Shown here: in pieces, positions 1 to 13,900 of the stretch
How positions within the stretch are numbered: position 1 is the first letter of the stretch
How the letters are laid out: the number at the start of each line of letters is the position of its first letter
Assembly (NCBI RefSeq): GCF_009914755.1
Contig: NC_060930.1
DNA from: the human T2T-CHM13v2.0 reference genome, Homo sapiens
DNA length: 64,000 nt
Reading direction: 5' to 3' (one strand)
Position numbers and translations under genes: made by a program
Notes under the pieces: generated by a model
What the model was told of the DNA's origin: nothing
Database searches by the model: none
What the model saw: the letters and a program-made list of their open reading frames with translations, nothing else

Positions 1-119
1 TTGTGATTTAGATTCTTCAAACTTGGTTAGTTAACTCATTGCTGGTCTGCTTTTTCTTTTCTTGTGTTTCTAACCAAGCCAAATGCAATGGAAGGTAATG
101 CAGGGAAGGGAATGGTGAG

Positions 120-464
120 TGTTACGGGCTGAACATTTGTGTTCCCTCCTAAATTCAGCTTAAACCTTAACCTCCAAAGTCATAGTGTTAGGAAGTGAGG
201 CTTTGGGAAGTGATTTGGGTCATGAGGATGGAGCCATCACGAATGGCCTTCTTAGGCCCTAGAGAGCTCGCACCCTCTTTCCCTCACATGAGGATACAAG
301 GAGAAGGTGGCCACCTGCAGCCCAGAAAAGAGCCCTTGTCACAGCCCCACCATGCTGGCCCCCTGATCTCAGACTTCCAGCCCCCAGGACTGTGGGAAAT
401 AAATTTCTGTGGTTCATAGCTGCCTAGTCTGTGGTACTTTGCTATAGCAGCCTGAACTAAGACA
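120..464 (+). mobile_element. MLT1A-type MaLR solo LTR
   Basis: Starts tgttacgggctgaacatttgtgttccc, has aataaatttctgt, ends gctatagcagcctgaactaagaca; matches MLT1A termini. Confidence 0.8.
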
Positions 465-596
465 GGCAGGAAAAGACTAATGGCTCCTCACTGATTTAAA
501 ATACTTTTAAAAAATCTATTGGGACAAATAGTTTGTCTTAAAATGAAAATACTAACAAAGTGAAGTGCATGGAGAAAATACTAATAAAATTAAGTA

Positions 597-1919
597 CATG
601 TGGATGTCAGGCCCCTGAGCCCAAGCTAAGCCATCATATCCCCTGTGACCTGCACGTATACATCCAGATGGCCTGAAGCAACTGAAGATCCACAAAAGAA
701 GTGAAAATAGCCTTAACTGATGACATTCCACCATCGTGATTTGTTTCTTCCCCACCCTAACTGATCAATGTACTTTGTAATCTCCCCCACCCTTAAGAAG
801 TTTCTTTGTAATCTCCTCCACCCTTAAGAATGTTCTTTGTAATTCTCCCCACCCTTGAGAATGTTCTTTGTGAGATCCACCCCCTGCCCGCAAAACATTG
901 CTCCTAACTCCACCACCTATCCCAAAACCTATAAGAACTAATGATAATGCCACCACCCTTTGCTGACTCCTTTTTCGGACTCAGCCCACCTGCACCCAGG
1001 TGAAATAAACAGCCTTGTTGCTCACACAAAGCCTGTGTGGTAGACTCTCTTCACACAGACGTGTGAGACAGCGGACTTTGTTTTACTGAGCTTCCCTTTA
1101 TTGGACTTTGCAGATAGTGTGTTTTTTACAAATTGAAGTTCCCGCATCAAGCAAGTCTTTCGGTGCCATGTTTTCAACAGCGTATATTCACTTTATATCT
1201 CTGTGGTACATTTTGGTAATTGTCACAATATTTCAAACTTTTTCATCATTATATCTTTTATGGTGATCAGTACTTTTTGATGTTACTGTTGTAATTGTTT
1301 CAGGGTGACACAAACTGTGTGCATATAAGACAGTGATCTTAGTAAATGTTGTATGTGTTATGACTGTTCCACCGGCTGGCCATTCCCCCATTTCCCTTTC
1401 TCCTTGAGCCTCGCTGTTGCCTGAGATGACAATATTGAAATTATGCCAGTGAATAACCCTACGGTGATCTCTAAGTGTTCAAGTGAAAGGAAGAATCACA
1501 GGTCTCTGACTTTAAATCAAAAGCTAGAAATGAGTAACTCAATGAGGAAGACATATCTAAAGCCGAGACAAGCTGAAAACCAGGCCTCTTGAGCCAAACT
1601 GTTAGCCAAGTTGTGAATGCAAAGGAAAAGTTTTTGAAGGAAATTAAAAGTGCTACTCCAGTGAACATGTGAATGATAAGAAAGCAAAACAGGCTTATTG
1701 CTGATATGGAGAAAGTTTTAGTGGTCTGGATGGAAGATCAAACAGCTCTAACATTTCTATAAGCCAAAGACTAATCCAAAGAATGTCCTAACTCTCTTTA
1801 ATTCTGTGAAGGCTGAGAGAGGTGAGGAAACTGTAGAAGAAAAGTTTGTAGCTAGCAGAGGTTGGTTCATGAGGTTTAAGGAAAGAAGCCATCTTTATAA
1901 CATAAAAGTGCAGGGTGAA
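597..1919 (+). mobile_element. Tigger1 DNA transposon, 5' part (TIR split by LTR7; decayed transposase N-terminus)
   Basis: TA then degenerate TIR catg(t/c)ggactttgttttactg; ctaagtgttcaagtgaaaggaag...; translates [37 protein letters not shown] (Tigger1 transposase). Confidence 0.9.
605..1070 (+). mobile_element. HERV-H LTR7-family solo LTR
   Basis: Begins tgtcaggcccctgagcccaagctaagccatc; cctataag about 929; AATAAA 1004-1009; 5-bp TSD gtgga/gcgga (600-604, 1071-1075). Confidence 0.93.
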
Positions 1920-3168
1920 TGCAATGGTGCAATCATGGCTCACTGCAGCCTCAAACTCCTGGATTCAAGCAATCCTCCCTGCCTTAGCCTTCCAAGTAGC
2001 TGGGACCACAGGTGCATGCCACCATGCCTGGCTAATAGACAAGATGTTGCTACATTCATCAGGCTGGCTTTGGACTCCTGGCCTCAGGCTATCCTCCTTC
2101 CTCAGACTACTATTGGGGGAACCCACCCCCAATATTTCAGTGTAGGTTCTTTCTATTTTCCCTAAGTGTCAGCCAGTCTGAGAAATAAAGAGTACAAAGA
2201 GAGGAATTTTACAGCTGGGCCGCCAGGCGTGACATCACATATCGGTAGGACCGTGATGCCCACCTGAGCCACAAAACCAGCAAGTTTTATTAAGGATTTC
2301 AAAAGGGGAGTGGGTGTAAGAACAGGGAGTAGGTCACAAAGATCACATACTTCAAAGGGCAAAAAACAGAACTACTGATAAGAGTCCAACAAAGATGGCA
2401 AGGCAAAGGGCAAAAGCAGAATTACTGATAAGAATCTATTTTCAGCGGTGCACGTATTGTCTTGATAAACATCTTAACAGAAAGCAGGGTTCAAGAGCAG
2501 AGAAGTGGTCTGACCTCAAATTTACCAGGGCAGGGTTTTTCCCTACCCTAGTAAGCCTGAGGGTACTGCAGGAGACCAGGGCTTATTTCAGTCCTTATGT
2601 CAACCGCGTAAGACAGACACTCCCAAAGCAGACGTTTATAGATCTGCCCCCAGGAATGCAATCCTTTTCCCAGAGTATTAATAACAATATTCCTTGCTAG
2701 GAAAAGAATTTAGTGATATCTTCCCTACTGGCACGTCCGTTTATAGGCTCTCTTCAAGAAGAAAAATATGGCTCCTTTTGCCCGACCCCACAGGCAGTCA
2801 GATCTTATGGTTGTCTTCCCTTGTTCCCTAAAAATTGCTGTTATTCTGTTCTTTTTCAAGGTGCACTGATTTCATATTGTTCAAACACATATGTTTTACA
2901 ATCAATTTGTACAGTTAACACAGTTATCACAGGGTCCTGAGGTGACGTACATCCTCAGCTTACGAAGATAACAGGATTAAGAGATTAAAGTAAGACAGGC
3001 ATAAGAAATTATGAAAGTATTATTTGGGAAGTGATAAATGTCCATGAAGTCTTCACAATTTATGTTCCTCTGCCACAGCTCCAGCCGGTCCCTCCCTTTG
3101 GGGTCCCTGACTTCCTGCAATAGACTACCAAAGTGTTAGGATTACAGGCATGAGCCACTGCACCTCAT
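1911..3168 (-). mobile_element. AluJ-type, tail-less, split by MER11 (1911-2110 and 3123-3168)
   Basis: Antisense Alu ggctcactgcagcctcaaactcctgg...ctcagactac resumes after MER11 as gactaccaaagtgttaggattacaggcatgagccac. Confidence 0.85.
2111..3122 (-). mobile_element. MER11 (HERV-K11/HML-8) solo LTR
   Basis: Reverse complement starts tattgcaggaagtcagggaccccaaagggagggaccggctggagc; perfect 6-bp TSD gactac (2105-2110, 3123-3128). Confidence 0.93.
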
Positions 3169-3171
3169 CTG

Positions 3172-3287
3172 AACATAACTCTCGTATGCACTAGGAAACC
3201 AAAAAATGGTGTGACTCGATTTATTTTGATCTTTGCTTTATTATAGTGATCTAGAACCAAACCTGCAGTATCTACAAGTTATGCTGA
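3172..3287 (+). mobile_element. Tigger1 3' end with TIR
   Basis: aacataactctcgtatgcactaggaaaccaaaaaatggtgtgactcg...tatctacaagttatgctg matches the Tigger1 terminus. Confidence 0.85.
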
Positions 3288-4084
3288 TATATGGATTATT
3301 CCTATCACTTTTGTTTGGCTTATCAAATAAAAAAAGCATCTGTAACTTTATACTTGGGTTTCTTTTAGCACCAAAAAGTTCAGTGTTTTGGGTTCTAAAG
3401 ATTCATTTAGGCAGAGTATTTAATGATTTAAGACTGGTGTAGATTGAAGCTTTTGCTGAAATGAAACCCCTTTAGCCACTCTTCCTTTCCTTTCTTCCTT
3501 CTTGAAGGTTTACATTTTTCTCCTTTCCTCATGACTTGATGATGATGATTCTGTAATTGTCTGATCTGCTACTTGCTAATTTGGCATTAAATTTCAAGTT
3601 AATATGTGTGTGCATCTTTTTTGCCCCTCAAAATTTGGATGAAAGATGTGACCATAGCTGCAGCAGACATGAAAGGTGAAGTTCCTCCTGCAATCCCAGA
3701 ATGTGGAAATGGTAGGGAGGGTTTTTTCCCTGGCAAATCACTTTTGTTGTGCTTTTTTCTAAAATAAGCCATTGCAATATTTCTTATAGGGCTTTCAGCG
3801 ACAGAAATCCGTACTTGCCTGCACTTTGAGGATAATTGATATTAATAATGTGATCTTAAGGGCATTATTGGATTCCAGAGTGTCTTCTGAATTATTAATG
3901 AAAGATTATCTTAAGCATAGTTTTTTAGTTCATTGCATTTTATTGCATTATAATTAATTGAAAAGTAGAAATTTGTATATTTCATATAAATGAGAACCTT
4001 TTCATTTAACAGTAGCACATAATCCATTAACATATGTATAGAAATCTGTAAGTATAGAAATATGAAATATATACATGTTTCTAA

Positions 4085-4540
4085 GGCAATCACTTCCTAC
4101 CATTCTACTGCTAAGCCTGGTCTAAGCTCATCCCTTGTTTGGATTAGTGCACTGACCTACTTGGTTACCAGGCTTCTCTTCTGGACTTTTCTTTTAGTCC
4201 ACATAACGGCCAAAATAGTATTTACAAGCATCCAGAGACCAATCTACCCTCTGACTTGCTTAGCCCTCTACTGGCCCCTTGACTCATTACTGTGCTGTCA
4301 GGCCCTCTTCATCGCTTGTGCCTCTGACTTCATCTCCTGCCATCTCTTTGAGGTAAAGTCTTCCTGCCTGCTGACCTTCCTGAAGTGAGCCAAGCTTGCT
4401 CCTAGGGGCCTAGGCCCTTAGTGCCAGCTGTCTCCCCTGCCTGGGTGGTGCCTTCTTGACACTTAGATTCTACTGTGTTTAAGGTGACTTCCTCCGGCCT
4501 TCCCTGACTGCATCACAAGTTATCCCTTCTCCACCTTTTT
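4085..4540 (+). mobile_element. L2 LINE relic
   Basis: Pyrimidine-rich L2-like 3' motifs (gacttcatctcctgcc, gctgtctcccctgcctgg). Confidence 0.45.
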
Positions 4541-4894
4541 TATCACTATTAGATTTTTTTTTCTGAAATAACACTTGGATTATTTTACTTCTTTGATTTA
4601 AGAATCTATAAGGTAGAATGTTTTTGGATGAGAAAAAAAAAGAATCTGTAAGTGTTTTCTAAATTGCATATTTCATCAAATGAAAACTCTCCAACCTGGG
4701 TTTTTTTTTTCTTGATCTTTATTTCTCATTTGAACATTTATGTTTTAGAGAAAATACTTAGAGTCCCTTTCCTTGCTGAGATTCTGTATTTCTAGCAATT
4801 GATCACTTAAACAACGTAAACCTTAATAGATAAATGCCATAAATCCACTGGCCCTGTGCATTATTTTATGTTTTGGTCTTTTTTTTTTTTTAAG

Positions 4895-7712
4895 GTTTTT
4901 TTTTTTTTTTTTAGTATTTATTGATCATTCTTGGGTGTTTCTCGGAGAGGGGGATGTGGCAGGGTCATAGGATAATAGTGGAGAGAAGGTCAGCAGATAA
5001 ACACGTGAACAAAAGTCTCTGGTTTTCCTAGGCAGAGGTCCCTGCGGCCTTCCACAGTGTTTGTGTCCCTGGGTACTTGAGATTAGGGAGTGGTGATGAC
5101 TCTTAATGAGCATGCTGCCTTCAAGCATCTGTTTAACAAAGCACATCTTGCACCGCCCTTAATCCATTTAACCCTGAGTTGACACAGCACATGTTTCAGA
5201 GAGCAGGGGGTTAGGGGTAAGGTTATAGATTAACAGCATCCCAAGGCAGAAGAACATTTCTTGGTACAGAACAAAATGGAGTCTCCTATGTCTCCTTCTT
5301 TCTACACAGACACAGTAACAATCTGATCTCTCTTTCTTTTCCCCACATTTCCCCCTTTTCTTTTTGACAAAACTGCCATTGTCATCATGGCCCGTTCTCG
5401 ATGGTCGCTGTCTCTTCGGAGCTGTTGGGTACACCTCCCAGATGGGGCGGCTGGGCAGAGGGGCTCCTCACTTCCCAGATGGGGCAGCTGGGCAGAGGCG
5501 CTCCTCACTTCCTATACGGGGCGGCCGGGCAGAGGCGCTCCTCACCTCCCAGACAAAGGGCGGCCGGGCAGAGGTGCTCCTCACTTCCCAGATGGGGCGG
5601 CCGGGCAGAGGCGCTCCTCACCTCCCAGACGAAGGGCGGCCGGGCAGAGGCACTCCTCACCTCCCAGATGAAGGGCGGCCGGGCAGAGGCGCTCCCCATT
5701 TCCCAGATGGGGCAGCCGGGCAGAGGCGCTCCTCACTTCCCAGACGGGGCAGCCGGGCAGAGGCGCTCCTCACTTCCCAGACGGGGCGGCCAGGCAGAGG
5801 CGCTCCTCACTTCCCAGACGGGGCGGCCGGGCAGAGGCGCTCCTCACTTCCCAGACGGGGCAGCCGGGCAGAGACGCTCCTCACATCCCATATGGGGTGG
5901 CAGCCGGGCAGAGGCGCTCCTCACCTCCCAGACAAAGGGCAGCCGGGCAGAGGCTCTCCTCACCTCCCAGACGGGGCGGCCGGGCAGAGGCGCTCCTCAC
6001 TTCCCAGACAGGGCGGCCGGGCAGAGGCGCTCCCCATTTCCCAGATGGGGCAGCCGGGCAGAGGCGCTCCTCACTTACCAGATGGGGCAGCCGGGCAGAG
6101 GCGCTCCTCACTTCCCAGATGGGGCAGCTGGGCAGATACACTCCTCACTTCCCACACGGGGCGGCTGCCCGGCAGAGGCGCTCCTCACCTCTCAGACGGG
6201 GTGGCCGGGCAGAGGCGCTCCTCACATCCCAGATGGGGCGGCCGGGCAGAGGCACTCCTCACCTCCCAGATGGGGTGGCTGCCGGTCAGAGGTGCTCCCT
6301 CACATCCCAGATGGGGCGGCCGGGCAGAGGCACTCCTCACCTCTCAGATGGGGCGGCCGGGCAGAGGTGCTCCTCACTTCCCAGATGGGGTGGCAGCCGG
6401 GCAGAGGCGCTCCTCACATCCCAGACGGGGCGGCTGGGCAGAGGCGCTCCTCACCTCCCAGATGGGGTGGCAGCTGGGCAGAGGTGCTCCTCACCTCCCA
6501 GACGAAGGGTGGCCGGGCAGAGGCGCTCCTCACATCCCAGACGATGGGTGGCTGGGCAGAGGCGCTCCTCACCTCCCAGATGGGGTGGCAGCCGGGCAGA
6601 GGCGCCCCTCACTTCCCAGACGGGGTAGCGGCTAGGCAGAGGCGCTCCTCACTTCCCAGACGGGGCAGCCGGGCAGAGGTGCTCCTCACTTCCCAGACGA
6701 TGGGCGGCCGGGCAGAGGCGCTCCTCAATTCCCAGACGGGGTGGCTGGGCAGAGGCACTCCTCACTTCCTCCCAGACGGGGCGGCCGGGCAGAGGCGCTC
6801 CTCACCTCCCAGATGGGGCGGCCGGGCAGAGGCGCTCCTCACCTCCCAGACGGGGCGGCCGGGCAGAGACGCTCCTCACCTCCTAGATGGGGCGGCCGGG
6901 CAGAGGCGCTCCCCACTTCCCAGACGGTGTGGCGGCCGGGCAGAGGCACTCCTCACCTCCCAAACGGGGCGGCCGGGCAGAGGCGCTCCTCACTTCCCAG
7001 GCGGGGCAGCCGGGCAGAGGCGCTCCTCACTTCCTCACAGACGGGGCAGCCGGGCAGAGGCACTCCACTTCCCAGACGGGGCAGCCGGGCAGAGGCGCTC
7101 CTCACTTCCCATTCGGGGCAACCGAGCAGAGGCGCTCCTCACTTCCTCCCAGACGGGGCGGCCGGGCAGAGGCTCTCCTCACTTCCTAGACAGGGTGGGG
7201 GCCAGGCAGAGGTGCTCTTCACTTCCCAGACGGGGCAGCCAGGCAGAGACGCTGCTCACTTCCTAGATGGGGTGGTGGGCGGGCAGAGGCTGTAATCTTA
7301 GCACTTTGGGAGGCCAAGGCAGGCGGCTGGGAGGTGGAGGTTGTAGCAAGCCGAGATCACGCCACTGCACTCCAGCCTGGGCAACATTGAGCACTGAGTG
7401 AGTGAGACTCTGTCTGCAATCCCAGCACCTCGGGAGGCCGAGGCAGGCAGATCACCCGAGGCCAGGAGCTGGAGACCAGCCCGGTCAACACGGCAAAACC
7501 CCGTCTCCACCAAAAATACAAAAACCAGTCAGGAATGGTGGCATGTGCCTGGAATCCCAGGCACTCGGCAGGCCGAGGCAGGAGAATCACGGGAGCCCGA
7601 GGCAGGGAGGTTGCAGCGAGCTGAGATCATGGCAGTACAATCCAGGCTTGGCAAGAGAGGGAGACCGTAGAAAGAAAGGAAGAGGGGAGAGGGGAGATGG
7701 GAGAGGGGAGAG
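4895..7712 (-). mobile_element. Full-length SVA retrotransposon, old subfamily (SVA_A/B-like)
   Basis: polyT 4896-4912 then tttatt; SINE-R (HERV-K LTR5/env) about 4913-5435; VNTR about 5435-7290; Alu-like domain about 7290-7655; CCCCTCT-type head about 7656-7712; TSD C-T13/14-AA. Confidence 0.96.
5435..7290. repeat. SVA VNTR, roughly 45-50 units of about 37-41 bp
   Basis: Tandem ggggcggccgggcagaggcgctcctcacttcccagac variants. Confidence 0.97.
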
Positions 7713-8002
7713 CTTTTTTTTTTTTTTAAAGAAGAGTCTTGCTCTGTTGCCCAGGCTGGAGTGAAGTGGTGCAATCTCGGCTCACTGCAGCCTCCGCCTC
7801 CCGGTTTCCAGCGATTCTCTTGCCTCAGACTCCTTGGTGGCTGGGATTACTGCCACCACTGCTGGCTAACTTTTGTATTTTTAGTAGAGATAGGGTTTCA
7901 CCATGTTGGCCAGGCTGGTCTTGAACTCCTGACCTCAGGCAGTTCACCTGCCTCGGCCTCCCAAAGTGCTAGTATTACAGGCATGAGCTGCCACGCCTGG
8001 CC
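7713..8002 (-). mobile_element. AluS (host of the SVA)
   Basis: Full antisense Alu; TSD tgttttggtcttt at 4869-4881 and 8004-8016 brackets SVA plus Alu. Confidence 0.92.
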
Positions 8003-8631
8003 CTGTTTTGGTCTTTATCAGTGGCTGTGTATGCTTTCACAGAGTTCAAATGGGTGCGAACTTGTCCCTGGATACTTTGCATTGCATTTTTATATGGATG
8101 GTCCTGAGTTATACAGTACTGAACCCCGAATACTAACACTTATGTAGGCACCTTGATGAAAAACTAGAGTGATGTTAGGTATGAATGCTTGATTAAGCCC
8201 ATTCTTTTAGTGCAGAACTGCCTTGTGGCTCAGCCTGTGTAGCTGAGATGAGCATTTCTTAGCCTTGCACTATATATTTTTGTGCCTCAGTTCTCTGTGA
8301 AGTCTGCTTATGAGGCTGAGGCTGTGCAAGACTTGGTGAGAGTGTTAGCTTCTGAATAGAGAGGCTTCAGCAACCCGTTTTTGCAAATTAATCAAAAGTT
8401 GAATAAGGCTTGTTGTTAAATTAAAATTGTATTGCCTGTTTACAAGTGATAGTTATACATACTGTGTTCTTAAGATATGAAAAAGCACTGGTGGCATTTC
8501 CTGGGAAAAACGTAGTGGATTTGCTCCCTTTTATAACTGTATTTGTGGACTTTACAAACTTAGACACCTTATGTAACTCAGGGATTGTCTATATTGACAA
8601 AGCTGATGAATTTGTGATGTGTAATAATTAA

Positions 8632-8985
<354 letters not shown>

Positions 8986-9309
8986 TAATTACTTATTGGG
9001 GCATTTAAAAATATATTTATATTTTCCTTAGAATAAATACTGTGTTAGTCTGTACAAATTCTTTTGGGGCTGCAGTCTCAAAAGTGGAATGAATAGGATT
9101 AAAAACTTGAATAGTTTAAAATTTTTCTTGTATATTTCCAGATATCCATTGGAAAGACTGGCAAAATCATGAGCACCAGGTTTTTTAAGAAGAGACTTCT
9201 GGAGTCTAAAATTTCTAGATCTTATGAAGTCTTAATTTGTTGTTAATTAAAGGATATAAAGTGGTTTATCAAGTTTTAGTTTCTACTTTTTCATTTATTC
9301 ATTAGATGA

Positions 9310-9642
<333 letters not shown>

Positions 9643-11559
9643 CCGATACTGGTTCTTTAACTTTTGGGAGGATAGTAAATTTTTTAATGTTGGATTTGGC
9701 GTGTTCTCCCCATCCATTAAAACATTGTTTTTTATTTAAATATTGGAAAAAACCTTTCTCCTTTAATCACACCCTCTGTATCTCTAATAATCACATTTGG
9801 CTTTGTTTTATAGTTAAATACATACATCTATTTATTTTAAGATGTTATTATGATTTAAGTAATAAAGGAAAAGTGTATGAGTTTTTCCTCTCAAAATATT
9901 CTTTCGTATTTGTGTCTACTTAATTTTTCTGATAAATTTTACAATCATTTTTTATTCGAAGTAGGCAAGCCTGCAGAGAGCAGGCTCCAGCTGATGAAAA
10001 AAGTTTTCAGGCCCCAAATAAGGGTGAACCAGCTAGAAACCTTCCTTAGGATTGATATTGCTATGTAGCATGGCTGTCCCCATCGACCTCCCAGGCCTCC
10101 TGGCTTCAGTAATTTGTGCTGTGTCTCCCAGTCCCTGCCTCTATGTGGCTCTTTCCACAGAGTTTTTGATAATGCTTCAAACCTACATATGAATTGGGCA
10201 GATGTCTCTGTTGCTGTATTTAGTATTCCAGATAGAATCCTCATATATCTCTCCACTTGTCTTTCTTTATTCCCATTAGGGTTTTAAAATTTTCTTTAAA
10301 TAGATTGCTTATATCCTACTTAAAGTTAATTCTCCCAAATTGGTGTTTTGCAAATGTGATTGCTTTGCAATTTTATTTTCAGATCCTGTAGCTATGTATA
10401 ATTTTTTGAAATTTTGAAACCAAGGACAATACACATTTATATATATTTAAATTTATTTATTACGGTACTCTTTGTAAATTGAGGGTGGTGTACCTAGTAA
10501 AATTCTCAGTGTGTTCTTTTTTCTGCACTACCTGAAAATACCTTTTCTATTTTCAGTCTGCAAGTTTACAGCTTCTTTAATTCGTTCAGGTGTCACTTTA
10601 TTGAGTGCTATTTGTGGAGAAACAGATACAGAGTCTGAAAATACTGCATTGCTTGTTTGTTAATATGTTCAAATGCACTTTTATCTTCTATCTTTAAATC
10701 TCTGTGAATAGATCATTCTTAAAGTCCTTGCAAGCACTGAAATTGTTTCTGGAGATTAAAACAAAGTGAATTCTCTAACAATAAAAATATTTTAAATAGA
10801 CTTAGATTTTATTGATGGAAGGTAGAAGTACCTGGGCATTCCCTAAAGGGGTTTTATTTTATGTGGGCGCTTGTTGAGAAATGTCTGAGAACAGCATCTT
10901 CTCTGAATCAGCTGCAGTGGTTGCTGTGGTCATCGGCCCCAGAGTCTTCGGGGAGCAATTTTGTTGACACAGGAGATGTTCTCATCTAGCATGTGTCCTC
11001 ACCTGAAGGCCCATCAGGATTCTTAGCTGGCACCGTTTCCTGAGGAGTGCCTTTGGAAGGAATCTTCAGAGTAATTGTGTGACCACTGGTAACCTTAGGG
11101 AATTTTACTAGAGGATTGTGTCTTTATTTTCCCTAGTATTTGTACTTCTCCTTGGAGGAAGGTATTTAATAATTGTTGGTTGACGGAAAAACAAAGGAGT
11201 GAACTAATAAGGATAGAAGCTAATATATGAATAGCCTTTATGTGTTTTGTGTTTTTTTAAGTTGATCTCTAAGGCATTTGGAGAGCATCCAGCTACATGA
11301 TGTCATTACCGAACAAGTGAAGCCATGGGGCATACATTCTGTCGTACTCACAGGCTGGCATTTTCCATTATGTTACCACATTTGTCGACTGGTGTCACCA
11401 AGAACAAATGCAAACATCTGTCTTCTTGTAGATGTGGAATATTTGTAATAGGCATACTTAACACGGTATCAGCTTTTTCTTGTTTCATTGCTTTAGGGAA
11501 AAAAATGTATTGAGATGGCTTGCTGACAGATGTGAATAAAGAATAAAATGTTTGCCCTT

Positions 11560-11852
11560 GGCTGGGCATGGTGGCTCATGCCTGTAGTCCCAGCACTTTA
11601 GGAGGCCAAGGCGGGAGGATCACTTAAGGTCAGGGATTTGAGTCTAGTCTGGGCAACGTAGCAAGACCCCATCTCTAAAAAACAACATTGGCTGGGTACA
11701 GTGGTGCACACCTATAGTCCTGGCTGCTCAGGAAGCTGAGGCGGGATGATTGCTTGGGCCCAGGAGTTCTAGGTTACAGTGAGCTATAACTGCGCCACTG
11801 TACTCCAGTCTAGGTGACAGAGCAAGACCCCATCTCAAAAAAAAAAAAAAAA
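11560..11852 (+). mobile_element. AluJ
   Basis: ggctgggcatggtggctcatgcctgtag...polyA. Confidence 0.92.
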
Positions 11853-12007
11853 CCAGAAAGCCCTCAAGATGCTCATTTGCTCATTGTCAAGTATAAATAA
11901 TTGCCATACAGGAAAATAATAGTTGGGTACAGTTGTGTACGTGGTGTGAGAAATTCTGAGGAAGTTCTTCAGGGGATGATTCAGACCAGCTGAATTATAA
12001 GCAGAAG

Positions 12008-13900
<1,893 letters not shown>

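Noticed and set aside
1806-2165. 119-aa transposase-like ORF
   Set aside because: About 38 codons of decayed Tigger1 fused to Alu/MER11; GTG start; catalytic domain deleted
3535-3570. C/D box snoRNA (tgatga...ctga)
   Set aside because: Too short; part of a (GAT)n run; no terminal stem
5364-7295. Long ORFs (423, 621, 243, 184 aa) as protein-coding genes; array as CRISPR-like
   Set aside because: All lie in the SVA VNTR; units are contiguous with no unique spacers and lack stops on this strand
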